64,000 nucleotides of DNA from Magnetococcales bacterium (lineage in GTDB: Bacteria > Pseudomonadota > Magnetococcia > Magnetococcales > UBA8363), in NCBI GenBank assembly GCA_015660855.1, contig JACSDG010000027.1, positions 5,305-69,304 on the forward strand, read 5' to 3'. A program made the position numbers and the translations under genes. Under the pieces are notes generated by a model that was given only the letters and a program-made list of their open reading frames with translations, did not search any database and was not told where the DNA came from. This document shows, piece after piece, positions 19,869 through 29,447 of the stretch. Position 1 is the stretch's first letter; each line of letters opens with the position of its first letter.

Positions 19869-20825
19869 ATGAAACAACGGCGGTTTATCAGCTTTGATTG
19901 GGCTTTGAAACGGCTTTTGCGTAGCAAGGCCAATTTTGAAATTTTGGAGGGTTTCCTCTCCGAACTTCTTCGCGAGGATGTGCGCATCGTTGAAATCTTG
20001 GAGAGCGAAAGCAATCAGGAAGCTCGCAACAACAAATTCAACCGTGTCGATCTCAAGATCAAAAACACCCGGGATGAAATTATCATCGTTGAGCTGCAAT
20101 ATGAGCGAGAATGGGACTACTTGCAGCGGTTACTCTTCAGCACCGCCAAAGCCATCACCGAACACATGACAGAAGGCAAGCCTTACGCCAGTGTAATCAA
20201 GGTCATCACCATCAGCATTCTCTATTTTGATCTGGGGCGTGGCAGCGATTATGTCTACGTAGGTAATACCTCTTTCAGGGGGTTGCACACCCAGGAAGAA
20301 CTGGCCTTGGACGAGGGACAGAAAGCTTTGTTTCAACGCCCTTCGGTTGCCGCCATTTTCCCAGAGCATTACTTGATCAAAGTGAAAAATTTCGATGATA
20401 TCGCCCGAGATACCCTGGACGAGTGGGTTTATTTTTTGAAAAATTCCGATATCCGTGATGATTTTACGGCTCGTGGCCTAAAGAAAGCCAAAGAAAAGCT
20501 TGATGTCCTGCAATTACCAGAGACAGAGCGCAAGGCCTACGAACGCTATCAGGAAGAACTGCATGACCAGGCAAGCTTTGTACTCTCCACCTATGGTGCT
20601 GGTAAATGGGAAGGACGACAGGAAGGTGAGCAGATTGGCGAGCAGAAAGGCGAGCAGAAAGGCAAGGCAGAAATGCTGACCCGTCAGCTACAACGCCGTT
20701 TCGGCACCGTGCCCGACCGAACCCGTGAGAGAATTGCCAAAGCTGACCTGTCATCATTGGAGGAATGGAGCCTTCGATTCGTAGATGCACAGTCGCTGGA
20801 CGATATTTTCTTGGACAAGGTGTGA
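19869..20825 (+). CDS. Rpn-family recombination-promoting nuclease / PD-(D/E)XK putative transposase
   Basis: N-terminus ISFDWALKRLLRSKANFEILEGFLSELL...NRVDLKIKNTRDEIIIVELQ is the Rpn/TIGR01784-type nuclease core. The C-terminal LTRQLQRRFGTVPDRTRERIAKADLSSLEEWSLRFVDAQSLDDIF resembles the DUF4351 tail. ATG 19869 is preferred over the TTG at 19830. Confidence 0.75.
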   Translation: MKQRRFISFDWALKRLLRSKANFEILEGFLSELLREDVRIVEILESESNQEARNNKFNRVDLKIKNTRDEIIIVELQYEREWDYLQRLLFSTAKAITEHMTEGKPYASVIKVITISILYFDLGRGSDYVYVGNTSFRGLHTQEELALDEGQKALFQRPSVAAIFPEHYLIKVKNFDDIARDTLDEWVYFLKNSDIRDDFTARGLKKAKEKLDVLQLPETERKAYERYQEELHDQASFVLSTYGAGKWEGRQEGEQIGEQKGEQKGKAEMLTRQLQRRFGTVPDRTRERIAKADLSSLEEWSLRFVDAQSLDDIFLDKV

Positions 20826-20910
20826 CGCTGCCTTCGGAGTAAGTTTTCCAAAATCGTTGGGTACCCAGTCGTTACCAAAAACGAAGATTATCTTAACAGG
20901 TTTATAGTTG

Positions 20911-21006
20911 TTACATGGTTTCATCCCCACGTAGCGCAGCAATTGCAACTTTGGCCTTGAATTCTGGTTTGTGCTGTTTGCGCTGTTTGCTCACAATTCT
21001 CTCCAT
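20911..21006 (-). pseudogene. IS3-family transposase OrfA N-terminal remnant
   Basis: Own minus-strand translation gives MERIVSKQRKQHKPEFKAKVAIAALRGDETM*. The ...PEFKAKVA..ALRG(D/E)(E/K)T... pattern is the N-terminal HTH of IS3/IS911-type OrfA proteins. It is truncated after 31 codons and no OrfB follows. Confidence 0.45.
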
Positions 21007-21323
21007 GTTTGGTGTGAATTAGAGAGCATCATGTGCCAGGGAGAGGACTGAATGATTACGTTACATACAGGTGTTAATTTTGCTATTGACTTTTTGTCCA
21101 AAGGGCATCATCTTCCCCGGTCTAAATTGACGTACCAGCAGGACCTGCCAAAAGGCGACGACATCCATCCGTACCACACCGGTTGTCAGATGTCGCGTAA
21201 GGGCGGAAATGGCCGAAACGATGATCAAGGCCGTCAATGCTAAGTGGGGAGTAGGTTTGGAATATACTTAAATAAAAAGTAAATGTTTCATGTGAACTAC
21301 AAAAAAAAAGGAGACTTTCAGAC

Positions 21324-22991
21324 ATGACCATGAAAAATAGAATTATTTTATCCTTTCTACTTGTTGTCGGAATATTTTTTGCGGCCGCTGTTTATCAATT
21401 CAGCGTCATGTCGAAATTGGGCGAGTATCAGGATGCCGGGGCTGGACGCTTTCGGGGTGCCATCGAGGTAAAGGAAATATCCCATCGCGCCAGCGATATC
21501 TATGTCATAGCCGCTGACGCCGCCATCAACCGCAATCTGGAGGAATCGCGGCGATCCCTGGAGCAGGCCACCCAGCAGATGGCAAAGGATATGGAACGTT
21601 TGAATGCCCTGGTGGATACCAAAGAGGAAAAGGATCGCGCAGCGGAAACAGCCCGGGTGTATAGAGACTATGTCACCATGGTTTCCGGGGAATACTTGTC
21701 TGCGGTTGCCAGCCTGGGTGAACATGCAAAGGGATCGAATGAGGAAAAATTACAACATTTGGATGGGAAAGTGGACAGCCAGAGAACCAAATTGATGGAA
21801 GAGATGGAACTTCTGGTGCAATCCTTGAACAAGGAGGCTGAAGAGTCGGATCGATTCTTTGATGCCACCAGGACGGAAGCCAAAATCTGGATCACCGTCA
21901 TACTGCTCATCGCTTTGGGCGTGGCGTTGGGTTTGGCAATAAGCATCACGTACAGCATCATGAATCAGGTCGGTGGCGAACCGAAAACCATATCGGAATT
22001 GACCTCCAAAGTAGCCGGTGGCGATTTGTCCATGCAGTTTGACTCTTCCCGGAAGGCGACAGGGATTTCCCTGGCCATACAAGACATGGTAGAGACGCTG
22101 CAGCGTGTCGTCAGCGACATTGCCACCGGGGCGGCACAGGTTGCTGTGGGAAGCGAGGAAATTTCCGCTTCCGCCCAGTCTCTTGCCCAGGGGTCAACAG
22201 AGCAGGCGGCCTCCTTGCAGATGACCACCTCGGCCATGGAAGAAATGACCGGGAGTTGCCAGTTGAACACCGACAGTGCCGACACGACGCAAAACATTGC
22301 CCAAAAGGCGGCCCGTGACGCCGCCAGCGGCGGCGAGGCGGTCAATCAGGCTGTTTCGGCCATGAAGGAAATTGCATCGAAGATCAGCATTATTGAAGAA
22401 ATCGCCCGGCAGACCAACCTGCTGGCTTTGAATGCCGCCATCGAGGCGGCACGGGCCGGTGAACATGGCAAAGGTTTCGCGGTCGTCGCCGCCGAGGTGA
22501 GAAAATTGGCCGAGCGCAGTCAGGTCGCCGCCAGGGAAATCGGGCAACTGTCGTCTTCCAGCGTTGACGTTTCCGAACAAGCGGGCACAATCATCGGAAA
22601 TCTGGTGCCCGACATACAAGACACCGCCAGCCGTATCCAGGGCATTGCCAATTGCAGCAGGATGCAACGTGAAGGGATTGCCAATATTGGTCAATCCATA
22701 CAGCAGCTTGACCAGGTGGTGCAGCGGAATGTGAGTGCTTCCGAAGAACTGGCGGCGACTGCGGAAGAAATGAGTGCCCAGGCGAGCCAGATGAATCAGA
22801 CACTGGCCTTTTTCAATCTTGGTCATAAAAGTTTGGCGACCCGATCCATTGCCAAACCCAGGCAACCCGTTGTTGCCCAGGCGGCCAAACAGGCGGCCAA
22901 AAAATTATCACCTCCCGATCAATCTGCGAAAGGGGTTAACTTGGCCATGGGATCGGACTCCCATGGGGAAGATGAATTTGAAAAGTTTTGA
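21324..22991 (+). CDS. Methyl-accepting chemotaxis protein
   Basis: 555-aa ORF. N-terminal TM helix, periplasmic helical domain, second TM and a HAMP-like segment. Highly conserved signalling hairpin [44 protein letters not shown]. Confidence 0.9.
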   Translation: MTMKNRIILSFLLVVGIFFAAAVYQFSVMSKLGEYQDAGAGRFRGAIEVKEISHRASDIYVIAADAAINRNLEESRRSLEQATQQMAKDMERLNALVDTKEEKDRAAETARVYRDYVTMVSGEYLSAVASLGEHAKGSNEEKLQHLDGKVDSQRTKLMEEMELLVQSLNKEAEESDRFFDATRTEAKIWITVILLIALGVALGLAISITYSIMNQVGGEPKTISELTSKVAGGDLSMQFDSSRKATGISLAIQDMVETLQRVVSDIATGAAQVAVGSEEISASAQSLAQGSTEQAASLQMTTSAMEEMTGSCQLNTDSADTTQNIAQKAARDAASGGEAVNQAVSAMKEIASKISIIEEIARQTNLLALNAAIEAARAGEHGKGFAVVAAEVRKLAERSQVAAREIGQLSSSSVDVSEQAGTIIGNLVPDIQDTASRIQGIANCSRMQREGIANIGQSIQQLDQVVQRNVSASEELAATAEEMSAQASQMNQTLAFFNLGHKSLATRSIAKPRQPVVAQAAKQAAKKLSPPDQSAKGVNLAMGSDSHGEDEFEKF

Positions 22992-23187
22992 TCCAATCGC
23001 GTCAGATCAGCGAGAAATACCACCAAACGAGACATTGGTAAAAATAGGGGTGACACGGGAAAAAATTATTGGTAGGGTGGTTCGGGTTGGGTGCCGATGT
23101 GGGCATTTGCGGACGGTCGCTCTGAATCAATGGCAACCGGAAAACCAACTCAGACCAAAATTATAAAAGACAACCCCCGGTGGTGAC

Positions 23188-23412
23188 ATGCGCGAGCGCG
23201 TTGAAAAAGTCCTTGAGGAAATCCGCCCTTTTTTGCAAAGGGACGGCGGTGACGTGGAACTGGTGGGTATCACCCCGGCCAATGTGGTCAATGTGCGTCT
23301 GCGTGGTGCCTGCGGAACCTGCCCCGGGGCGACCATGACCCTCAAGGGGGGAATCGAACGGGTTCTCAAGGAACGAATCCCGGAAGTGGTCTCGGTGGAG
23401 AACGTGCCCTGA
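23188..23412 (+). CDS. NifU C-terminal-domain (Nfu-type) Fe-S cluster protein
   Basis: 74-aa ORF. IRPFLQRDGGDVELV...VRLRGACGTCPGATMTLKGGIERVLKE carries the CxxC motif typical of Nfu/NifU C-domains. Confidence 0.8.
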   Translation: MRERVEKVLEEIRPFLQRDGGDVELVGITPANVVNVRLRGACGTCPGATMTLKGGIERVLKERIPEVVSVENVP

Positions 23413-23468
23413 CGGTCCCAGCTTTTCGGTACTGCCCATCGCCCCATCACAACACCAGACCGGAAGGT

Positions 23469-23978
23469 GTGTTCGTCGATCTGCTGGTGGTGCACGCCAT
23501 CAGCCTGCCCCCCGGCGAGTTTGGCGGTCGTCACATCGACGCCCTGTTCATGGGGCGATTGGATCCGCAGCTGCACCCTTTCTTCCAAGAAATCGCCGCC
23601 CTCAAGGTCTCTGCCCATTTTCTCATTGATCGCAAAGGCGATGTCACCCAATATGTCCCGGTCCAGAGACGGGCGTGGCATGCCGGCGTCAGTGTCTGGC
23701 AAGGGCGCGAGGGGTGCAACGATTTTTCCATCGGCGTTGAATTGGAAGGCGATGCCAAAACCCCGTTTGAACCAAATCAATACGCGACGCTGGCCAGTTT
23801 GACCGCCCTGATCCAAACACGCTACCCCACCGTGAAAACCGATCGGATCGTCGGCCATGAGCATATTGCCCCGGGTCGCAAATGGGATCCGGGCCCCTTG
23901 TTCGACTGGCCCCGTTTGCAATTTATGCTCAAACAACCCCAACCCAACCCCAACTGGCCATTGATATGGGAGGCCTGA
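23469..23978 (+). CDS. ampD: 1,6-anhydro-N-acetylmuramyl-L-alanine amidase AmpD
   Basis: LLVVHAISLPPGEFGG...VSAHFLIDRKGDVTQYVP...RAWHAGVS.WQGRE.CNDFSIGVELEG...GHEHIAPGRKWDPGPLFDW is AmpD-like. 23469 is the first canonical (GTG) start. Homologous sequence (CPSPHHNTRPEG) continues upstream in frame to a CTG at 23409 (see findings). Confidence 0.85.
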   Translation: MFVDLLVVHAISLPPGEFGGRHIDALFMGRLDPQLHPFFQEIAALKVSAHFLIDRKGDVTQYVPVQRRAWHAGVSVWQGREGCNDFSIGVELEGDAKTPFEPNQYATLASLTALIQTRYPTVKTDRIVGHEHIAPGRKWDPGPLFDWPRLQFMLKQPQPNPNWPLIWEA

Positions 23979-23982
23979 AGTC

Positions 23983-25392
23983 ATGCCCCATCTGCACATC
24001 ATCGGAATTTGTGGAACCGCCATGGCCGGTCTGGCCGCACTGGCCAAGGAACGGGGATGGCTGGTCACAGGATCGGACCACGGCGTCTATCCCCCCATGA
24101 GCCATTTCCTGAAAGATTTGGGTATCCCTCTCCAGGAAGAATTTCGCGCCGAAAATCTACAACCACCCCCCGATATGATCCTGGTCGGCAACGCCATTTC
24201 TCGCGGCAATCCCGAACTCGAAGCCGCCCTGGAACGCGGCATCCCCTATCGCTCGGGGGGACAATGGTTGTTTGAAAATGTGTTGGAGGGACGGCATCCG
24301 GTCGTGGTCACGGGAACCCATGGAAAAACCACCACCACCAGCATGATCGCCCGCTTGATGGACACAGCGGGGTGGCGTCCTGGTTTTTTCATCGGCGGCA
24401 TCCCCAAAGATTTTGGACTTGGGGCCAGATTTCCTCAGAGTCCCTGGGTCGTCATCGAAGGAGATGAATACGATACGGCCTTCTTTGACAAAAGACCTAA
24501 ATTTTTACACTACCATCCAAAAACATTGATATTACACAACCTGGAATTTGACCATGGTGACATTTATCCCGACCTTGAAGCCATTCGGGTGCAATTTCGC
24601 CTGCTGTTGCGTCTGGTTCCGGCCAATGGCCAAATCATAGCCAATTGGGATGACGCCGAGATACGGGTGCTGGCCGGACACGCCTTTGCCCCGGTGGTGA
24701 CCTATGGAATCAACCGCGATGATGTCACCTATACGGCCCGTCTGAACAGTGCCGATGGTCAACATTGGAGCCTGTTTCACGCCCAGAAAGAACTGTTTCA
24801 GGTAAACTGGGAATTCTTGGGGCGGCACAATGTTTTGAATGGTTTGGCAGCGGCAGCGACCTGTTTGCACCACCGGATGGAACCGGCGATGGTGAAACAA
24901 GGACTGGAACAGTTTTTGGGGGTCGCGCGCCGATTGCAGGAACGGTTCGCCATCAACGACATCCATATCTACGATGATTTTGCCCACCATCCCACCGCTA
25001 TGGCCACGACCATCGACGGTCTAAAATGCAAGGTGGGGTCAAAACGGGTATGGGTGGTCGTGGAACCTCGTTCCAACACCATGCGTTCCCGGGCACACCA
25101 GGAAAAACTGGCACCTGCGCTACATCAGGCCGATTTTGTTTTGTTGACCCGACCGGCCGCCCGGGGTTTGTCTCCTGACAGGCTGTTGGATGTGGATACC
25201 GTAGCCAATACGTTAAACCAGGGGTATCATGGGGGGGAAGCCAGGGCCAGGGTCATCGCCAATGGTATCGAAGCCGCGGAATATTTGACAGGGCACCTTA
25301 AAAAAGGCGACCATGTCATCATCATGAGCAATGGCGGTTTTGATGGCATTCATGATCGGTTGCATGATAGTCTGAAAAAAATCTATTCATAA
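23983..25392 (+). CDS. mpl: UDP-N-acetylmuramate:L-alanyl-gamma-D-glutamyl-meso-DAP ligase (murein peptide ligase)
   Basis: 469-aa ORF. MPHLHIIGICGTAMAGLAALAKERGWLVTGSDHGVYPPMS and VVVTGTHGKTTTTSM (Mur ligase P-loop). Adjacent to ampD (peptidoglycan recycling). Confidence 0.9.
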   Translation: MPHLHIIGICGTAMAGLAALAKERGWLVTGSDHGVYPPMSHFLKDLGIPLQEEFRAENLQPPPDMILVGNAISRGNPELEAALERGIPYRSGGQWLFENVLEGRHPVVVTGTHGKTTTTSMIARLMDTAGWRPGFFIGGIPKDFGLGARFPQSPWVVIEGDEYDTAFFDKRPKFLHYHPKTLILHNLEFDHGDIYPDLEAIRVQFRLLLRLVPANGQIIANWDDAEIRVLAGHAFAPVVTYGINRDDVTYTARLNSADGQHWSLFHAQKELFQVNWEFLGRHNVLNGLAAAATCLHHRMEPAMVKQGLEQFLGVARRLQERFAINDIHIYDDFAHHPTAMATTIDGLKCKVGSKRVWVVVEPRSNTMRSRAHQEKLAPALHQADFVLLTRPAARGLSPDRLLDVDTVANTLNQGYHGGEARARVIANGIEAAEYLTGHLKKGDHVIIMSNGGFDGIHDRLHDSLKKIYS

Positions 25393-25407
25393 ACCGGGGG
25401 TGCGGGA

Positions 25408-25971
25408 ATGGATTCGAGTCAAAGTCTTGGGGGCAAATTTTTGATCGCCATGCCGAGCCTGACAGATCCCAATTTTGAGCGGGCAGTCCTTTTCGTCTGT
25501 TCTCACAGCGAGGAGGGGGCGTTGGGATTGGTCATCAACCAGGCCCATCCCGCCTCCATGCAGGAAATCCTGGCGCAATTGGGCTTGGACTGGAGCCGAC
25601 ACGAATCGGCCATCGTCTATCAGGGCGGGCCGGTCGCCATGGACCGGGGTTTTATCCTTTACGAAGATTTTTTGGAAATGCCCGGCAATTTAAAGGTTGA
25701 AGAAAACCTTTTCCTCGGCACCAGCCCCGATATTTTGCGCCATCTGGTTGAAGGACCCTCTTCGGGACGGTTTCTCTTTGCCCTGGGTTATTCGGGATGG
25801 GCGGGGGGACAATTGGAGATGGAACTCAAAGAAAACGCCTGGCTGGTCTCTGGTCTCAACCGCAACATTCTGTTTGAAACCCCCATCAACACCCGTTGGG
25901 AATCGGCACTGAAAATCATGGGAATCGATCCTGCCAAACTGGCGGGGTGGGGCAGTCACATGAGCAATTGA
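25408..25971 (+). CDS. YqgE/AlgH-family protein
   Basis: 187-aa ORF. LGGKFLIAMPSLTDPNFERAVLFVCSHSEEGALGLVINQ and ...ALGYSGWAGGQLEMELKENAWL are family hallmarks. Confidence 0.85.
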   Translation: MDSSQSLGGKFLIAMPSLTDPNFERAVLFVCSHSEEGALGLVINQAHPASMQEILAQLGLDWSRHESAIVYQGGPVAMDRGFILYEDFLEMPGNLKVEENLFLGTSPDILRHLVEGPSSGRFLFALGYSGWAGGQLEMELKENAWLVSGLNRNILFETPINTRWESALKIMGIDPAKLAGWGSHMSN

Positions 25972-26009
25972 TTTTCCTCGTACCCATGACTTCCCAATCC
26001 ATTGGTTCA

Positions 26010-26070
26010 CGTTTCGGAAAAATAAAGTTTGGAAAAAATTATTGCGGGGGTCCGGGGGAGATGATCCCAA
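26010..26070. repeat. Partial intergenic repeat, forward (modules A-B)
   Basis: CGTTTCGGAAAAATAAAGTTTGGAAAAAATTATTGCGGGGGTCCGGGGGAGATGATCCC matches 39468-39520 and 51657-51712. Confidence 0.85.
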
Positions 26071-26211
26071 TGCCATTAACTTCGCATACCCCAAGAAACT
26101 GTCCTGAAATAACGGAATGTTCACTTCAGTCCAAGGGAGATTTTCAAATGATACCAGAAGATCGTAACCACTAGGTTATCTGAAAAAATTTATAGCGTCA
26201 TAGCCAGACTT

Positions 26212-26348
26212 ATGGCTGATGTCCATTTTATTGCGAGACATCGCCAGAGTCCTGAGGATTTTACCCGATGTCGCATACTAACCTCTTGACGCAAAGCACT
26301 ACCCCGCGAACATTTTTCCTGATCTCTATCGGCAACACTGTGGGATAA
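26212..26348 (+). pseudogene. Possible IS4-like transposase N-terminal remnant (frameshifted, truncated)
   Basis: Own translation gives MADVHFIARHRQSPEDFTRCRILTS*, then in the +2 frame NLLTQSTTPRTFFLISIGNTVG*. The RHR.S..DFTR.R.L(T/P) pattern recalls the N-termini of some IS4-family transposases. This is recalled from memory only, so it is weak. Confidence 0.3.
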
Positions 26349-26400
26349 TCCCTCCCTTAACCCCCGCAATAGTTGTTTCTGGGGGCAAGGGGAGGTTCCG
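26341..26400. repeat. Partial intergenic repeat, reverse (module B and inner part of A)
   Basis: GGATAATCCCTCCCTTAACCCCCGCAATAGTT closely matches GGATGATCCCCCCTTAACCCCCGCAATAATT at 63910-63941. It is inverted relative to the copy at 26010-26070. Confidence 0.8.
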
Positions 26401-26515
26401 ACGCTTTGCCTGACCGGAATCAATGAAAAAACGTTTGGAATCCCTGGCAAAAAAAGGAAACTTGAGAAAATCTGTCTCTCCAAGCTGATCAGAGCAGGCA
26501 TTGGTTTGCATCGCA

Positions 26516-27982
26516 ATGCCTCAAAGAGGAAAAAAGATTGTTTACTCCATGGAGGTACAAAGCTTGATCGAATCCTCGAACGAGCCTGTGGCCAACGGGG
26601 TTGACATGAAACTCCATTCCCGCCGATTTCCCGAAGAACCCTTTCTCATCGATCTGTTTGCCGAATGGCAACGATTAAACTATCGCTACGCCGTCCTGCG
26701 CGATTATCAAACCTTGCCGGAAACGACCGATGGCCATGACCTGGACCTTCTGGTCGTGCCGGAAGATCTGGAACCCATGTTTCAAACGACGCGCAGGGTT
26801 GCCGCCCGGCATCGGGGCCAACTGCTTGCCTGCTACCGTCAATCGGGAATCATTGCCCGTTTCGCCGGCAAAGAGGGGGCGTGGTGGGGGGTTGCCATCG
26901 ATTTTTTTTCCGATTTGTCCTATCGTGGCCTCCCCTTTTTTGATGCCGCGAAGGTACTGGCCCATGCCATTTCGTGGCGCACCATTCCGGTCGCCACCCA
27001 GGGCGACGCCATGATTGTCGGATTTATCAAAGAGCTTTTGCATAATGGTTGTGACCGCAAAAACTATCGGGTTTTGGCTTCCCGCGAATTTTGCCAAGAT
27101 ATTCCTGGGTATTCCGTTATTCTGGAAAAATGTTTTGGTCCCAAGGGAGCCTTGGTGTTAACCCGTCTTTTCCAACAGGAACCGGACCGGGGGGAACCCC
27201 TCGAATCCGTGGCCAGGCATGTGCGCCGTCTTCATAAACAACAACACCGGCGTATCAGCCCTGGACAGTATTTCAAGCGACGAATCCACCATGCGTTGCA
27301 TCGTGGCCGGCGTCTTTTTTTCCCTCCCGGTTATTGTCTGGCCATGCTTGGCACCGATGGTTCCGGCAAATCGGCAATGATTGAATCCATCGAACAGGCA
27401 CTGGGATCTGCCCTGCATGGGGCCATCAAAACACGCCATTGGCGACCGGGGTTGTTGCCCAGTATTGTCGTCCTTTTGGGAGGCAAAGGGCCTGATGGTC
27501 CCGTAACCAATCCCCACCAGGCACCAGGTTCAGGAAAAATCGGCTCCCTCCTCAGGCTGGGGTATTATGCCCTGGACTTTTTGTTGGGCTATTGGCTTAT
27601 CGTGTTTCCCCAATTGGTGCGGCAACCGTGTTTGTGTATATTTGACCGGTATTTCTATGATTTCTATATGGATCCTTTGCGCAGCCGCGTCAATCTTCCC
27701 CCCTGGATTGTACGATTGTTCGATGGGTTTATTCCCAAACCCGATCTTGTCATCTGCCTTGGGGCCGAGCCTGAGGTGATCTTTGCCAGAAAACCGGAAC
27801 TTTCCCTCAAGGAAATCACCTTGCAAATGGACCGACTGCGCCGCTGGCAGCAAACATTTTCCCGATCTTTCTGGGTCGATAGCGGTCAATCCATGGAACA
27901 AACCAGGGATGAAGTCACAACCCTTTTGTTCCGCGCCATGGCCCGGAAAATGGAGCGGCACTATGGTATTTTCCCGGAATGA
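26516..27982 (+). CDS. Two-domain hypothetical protein with a C-terminal P-loop nucleotide-kinase-like domain
   Basis: Walker A MLGTDGSGKSAMIE and a downstream FDRYFYDF (dTMP-kinase-like DRY region). The N-terminal ~250 aa (YAVLRDYQTLPETTDGHDLDLLVVPEDL) is uncharacterised. The start is ambiguous (TTG 26501, ATG 26516, ATG 26549). Confidence 0.5.
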   Translation: MPQRGKKIVYSMEVQSLIESSNEPVANGVDMKLHSRRFPEEPFLIDLFAEWQRLNYRYAVLRDYQTLPETTDGHDLDLLVVPEDLEPMFQTTRRVAARHRGQLLACYRQSGIIARFAGKEGAWWGVAIDFFSDLSYRGLPFFDAAKVLAHAISWRTIPVATQGDAMIVGFIKELLHNGCDRKNYRVLASREFCQDIPGYSVILEKCFGPKGALVLTRLFQQEPDRGEPLESVARHVRRLHKQQHRRISPGQYFKRRIHHALHRGRRLFFPPGYCLAMLGTDGSGKSAMIESIEQALGSALHGAIKTRHWRPGLLPSIVVLLGGKGPDGPVTNPHQAPGSGKIGSLLRLGYYALDFLLGYWLIVFPQLVRQPCLCIFDRYFYDFYMDPLRSRVNLPPWIVRLFDGFIPKPDLVICLGAEPEVIFARKPELSLKEITLQMDRLRRWQQTFSRSFWVDSGQSMEQTRDEVTTLLFRAMARKMERHYGIFPE

Positions 27983-29447
27983 AGGGGGCGTCGATGAACG
28001 TGGTGTCTCCTGGAAAGTCTGTCTGGATCTTCCTGTGGATGGACGCATCCTGGCTTTGGGGGTGACTGCGGGGGATGTCCTGGGATTGGCCCGAACCTGG
28101 ACTCGGGTGGATTGGCTGCGGGACAATGAAAATGAAAACATCGGCCTTTCTTCGCCCGATGCCATGGCGGTCTGCGTCCGTACCCTCACCCATATTCACC
28201 AAATCGCGGCCCCTTATGATTTGATCGTCCTGGGAACCTGGAAGGGGAATCCTGTCTTTCTCCATGATTGCCTGGGGGAGGATGGTCTACTCGCCTGCAT
28301 GAATTTCAGGGGATGTGACCTGAAGGTGAAACAACTCAAACGGGCCGGTTTTGCGACAATCCATACCATCGCCGCCGTGCCAACCCGTCAACCCAGACTT
28401 TTCTTTCCCCAGCAAAACAATGGCCAAAAACAACGGGGATTGTCTTTCCATGTGCCGGGGCGATGGTGGCTGCGCTGGTTGTTGCGGGGGTTGCGTTGGA
28501 TTGTCGGTCTGGGTTGGCCAGTTTTTCCAGGGTGGCGTGGTTTGTATCTGGCCCACAAAAAAAAAGAATGCCACTCCATGGGGGGCGTTGCCCATGCCAT
28601 TGAAAAAAAACTGGGATGGGTCACTCAGGGATGGGTCGTGTATGCCGGATCGGACCTGCCCCGGCGCAAGGTGACTCTCCTGGCCTTCAACCAGGAAACA
28701 AACCGGGAATGGGTCATCAAACTGGCCGATTCTCCCTCCGGCCAAGGGGCGTTGCAACAGGAAACCCAGGCCCTTGAAACCCTCGCCAGATCATCGGTGT
28801 CGGGGCATGTCCCCACCCTCATTCTGCCCAATGGATCATGGATGGGACATGCTTTCATGGTGCAATCCATGCTGGCCAGATCCTACTCCAGCCAATCGAC
28901 GACATGGACGCCGGCACATCGGGAATTTTTACAAAAACTCAAATATATGGACATTCATCTTCGCCCCATGGGGCAAACCTCCTGTTGGCAACGGGTGGTC
29001 CGGGGTTTTCAAACCAGTACGACCTGGCCGGATGCGGTACGCAAGACTTATTCCTGCCTGACCCAGGACGATTTGTTGCGTCAAGAAATCCCTTGCTGTC
29101 GCAGCCATGGAGACTTTGCCCCTTGGAATATTCGCTGGGAGGATGGCAAACTTTTTGTGATTGATTGGGAGGAGAGTGAGCCGGATGGATTGATGATCGG
29201 TGATCTTTTTTATTTTTTCTATTGTCAACTGGGAAGAAATCCCCGGATACGCCCCATGGATGTGTTTTTATATTTTAATCATTCCATGGCCGTAATGGAT
29301 CAAAAAAAAGAAATTGGAACTCAGATCCTGGTCCTGATGCTACGCTTGTGGTTGTTGGAGCGTTTTATCCGTTCCGGTGAAATCCAGGCGATGCAACTGC
29401 TCGATTTTTTTGCCCCCGATGGGAGTCCGCCGTGGAAAAACGATTAA
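27963..29447 (+). CDS. Aminoglycoside-phosphotransferase/choline-kinase-fold kinase with an N-terminal Rossmann-like region
   Basis: Brenner motif HGDFAPWNI followed by FVIDWEE (APH/ChoK fold). The N-terminus has ILALGVTAGDVLGL...YDLIVLG. ATG 27963 is chosen because the listed 27783 start lies inside the previous gene. Confidence 0.55.
   Translation: MVFSRNEGGVDERGVSWKVCLDLPVDGRILALGVTAGDVLGLARTWTRVDWLRDNENENIGLSSPDAMAVCVRTLTHIHQIAAPYDLIVLGTWKGNPVFLHDCLGEDGLLACMNFRGCDLKVKQLKRAGFATIHTIAAVPTRQPRLFFPQQNNGQKQRGLSFHVPGRWWLRWLLRGLRWIVGLGWPVFPGWRGLYLAHKKKECHSMGGVAHAIEKKLGWVTQGWVVYAGSDLPRRKVTLLAFNQETNREWVIKLADSPSGQGALQQETQALETLARSSVSGHVPTLILPNGSWMGHAFMVQSMLARSYSSQSTTWTPAHREFLQKLKYMDIHLRPMGQTSCWQRVVRGFQTSTTWPDAVRKTYSCLTQDDLLRQEIPCCRSHGDFAPWNIRWEDGKLFVIDWEESEPDGLMIGDLFYFFYCQLGRNPRIRPMDVFLYFNHSMAVMDQKKEIGTQILVLMLRLWLLERFIRSGEIQAMQLLDFFAPDGSPPWKND

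Noticed and set aside
21052-21243. 63-aa plus ORF and overlapping minus ORFs in the 20826-21323 gap as real genes
   Set aside because: They have no RBS, no motifs and mixed frames. The region is more plausibly degraded IS DNA.
27783-27962. Listed start of the APH-like ORF at 27783
   Set aside because: It lies 200 nt inside the preceding P-loop protein gene. ATG 27963 gives a normal short overlap.
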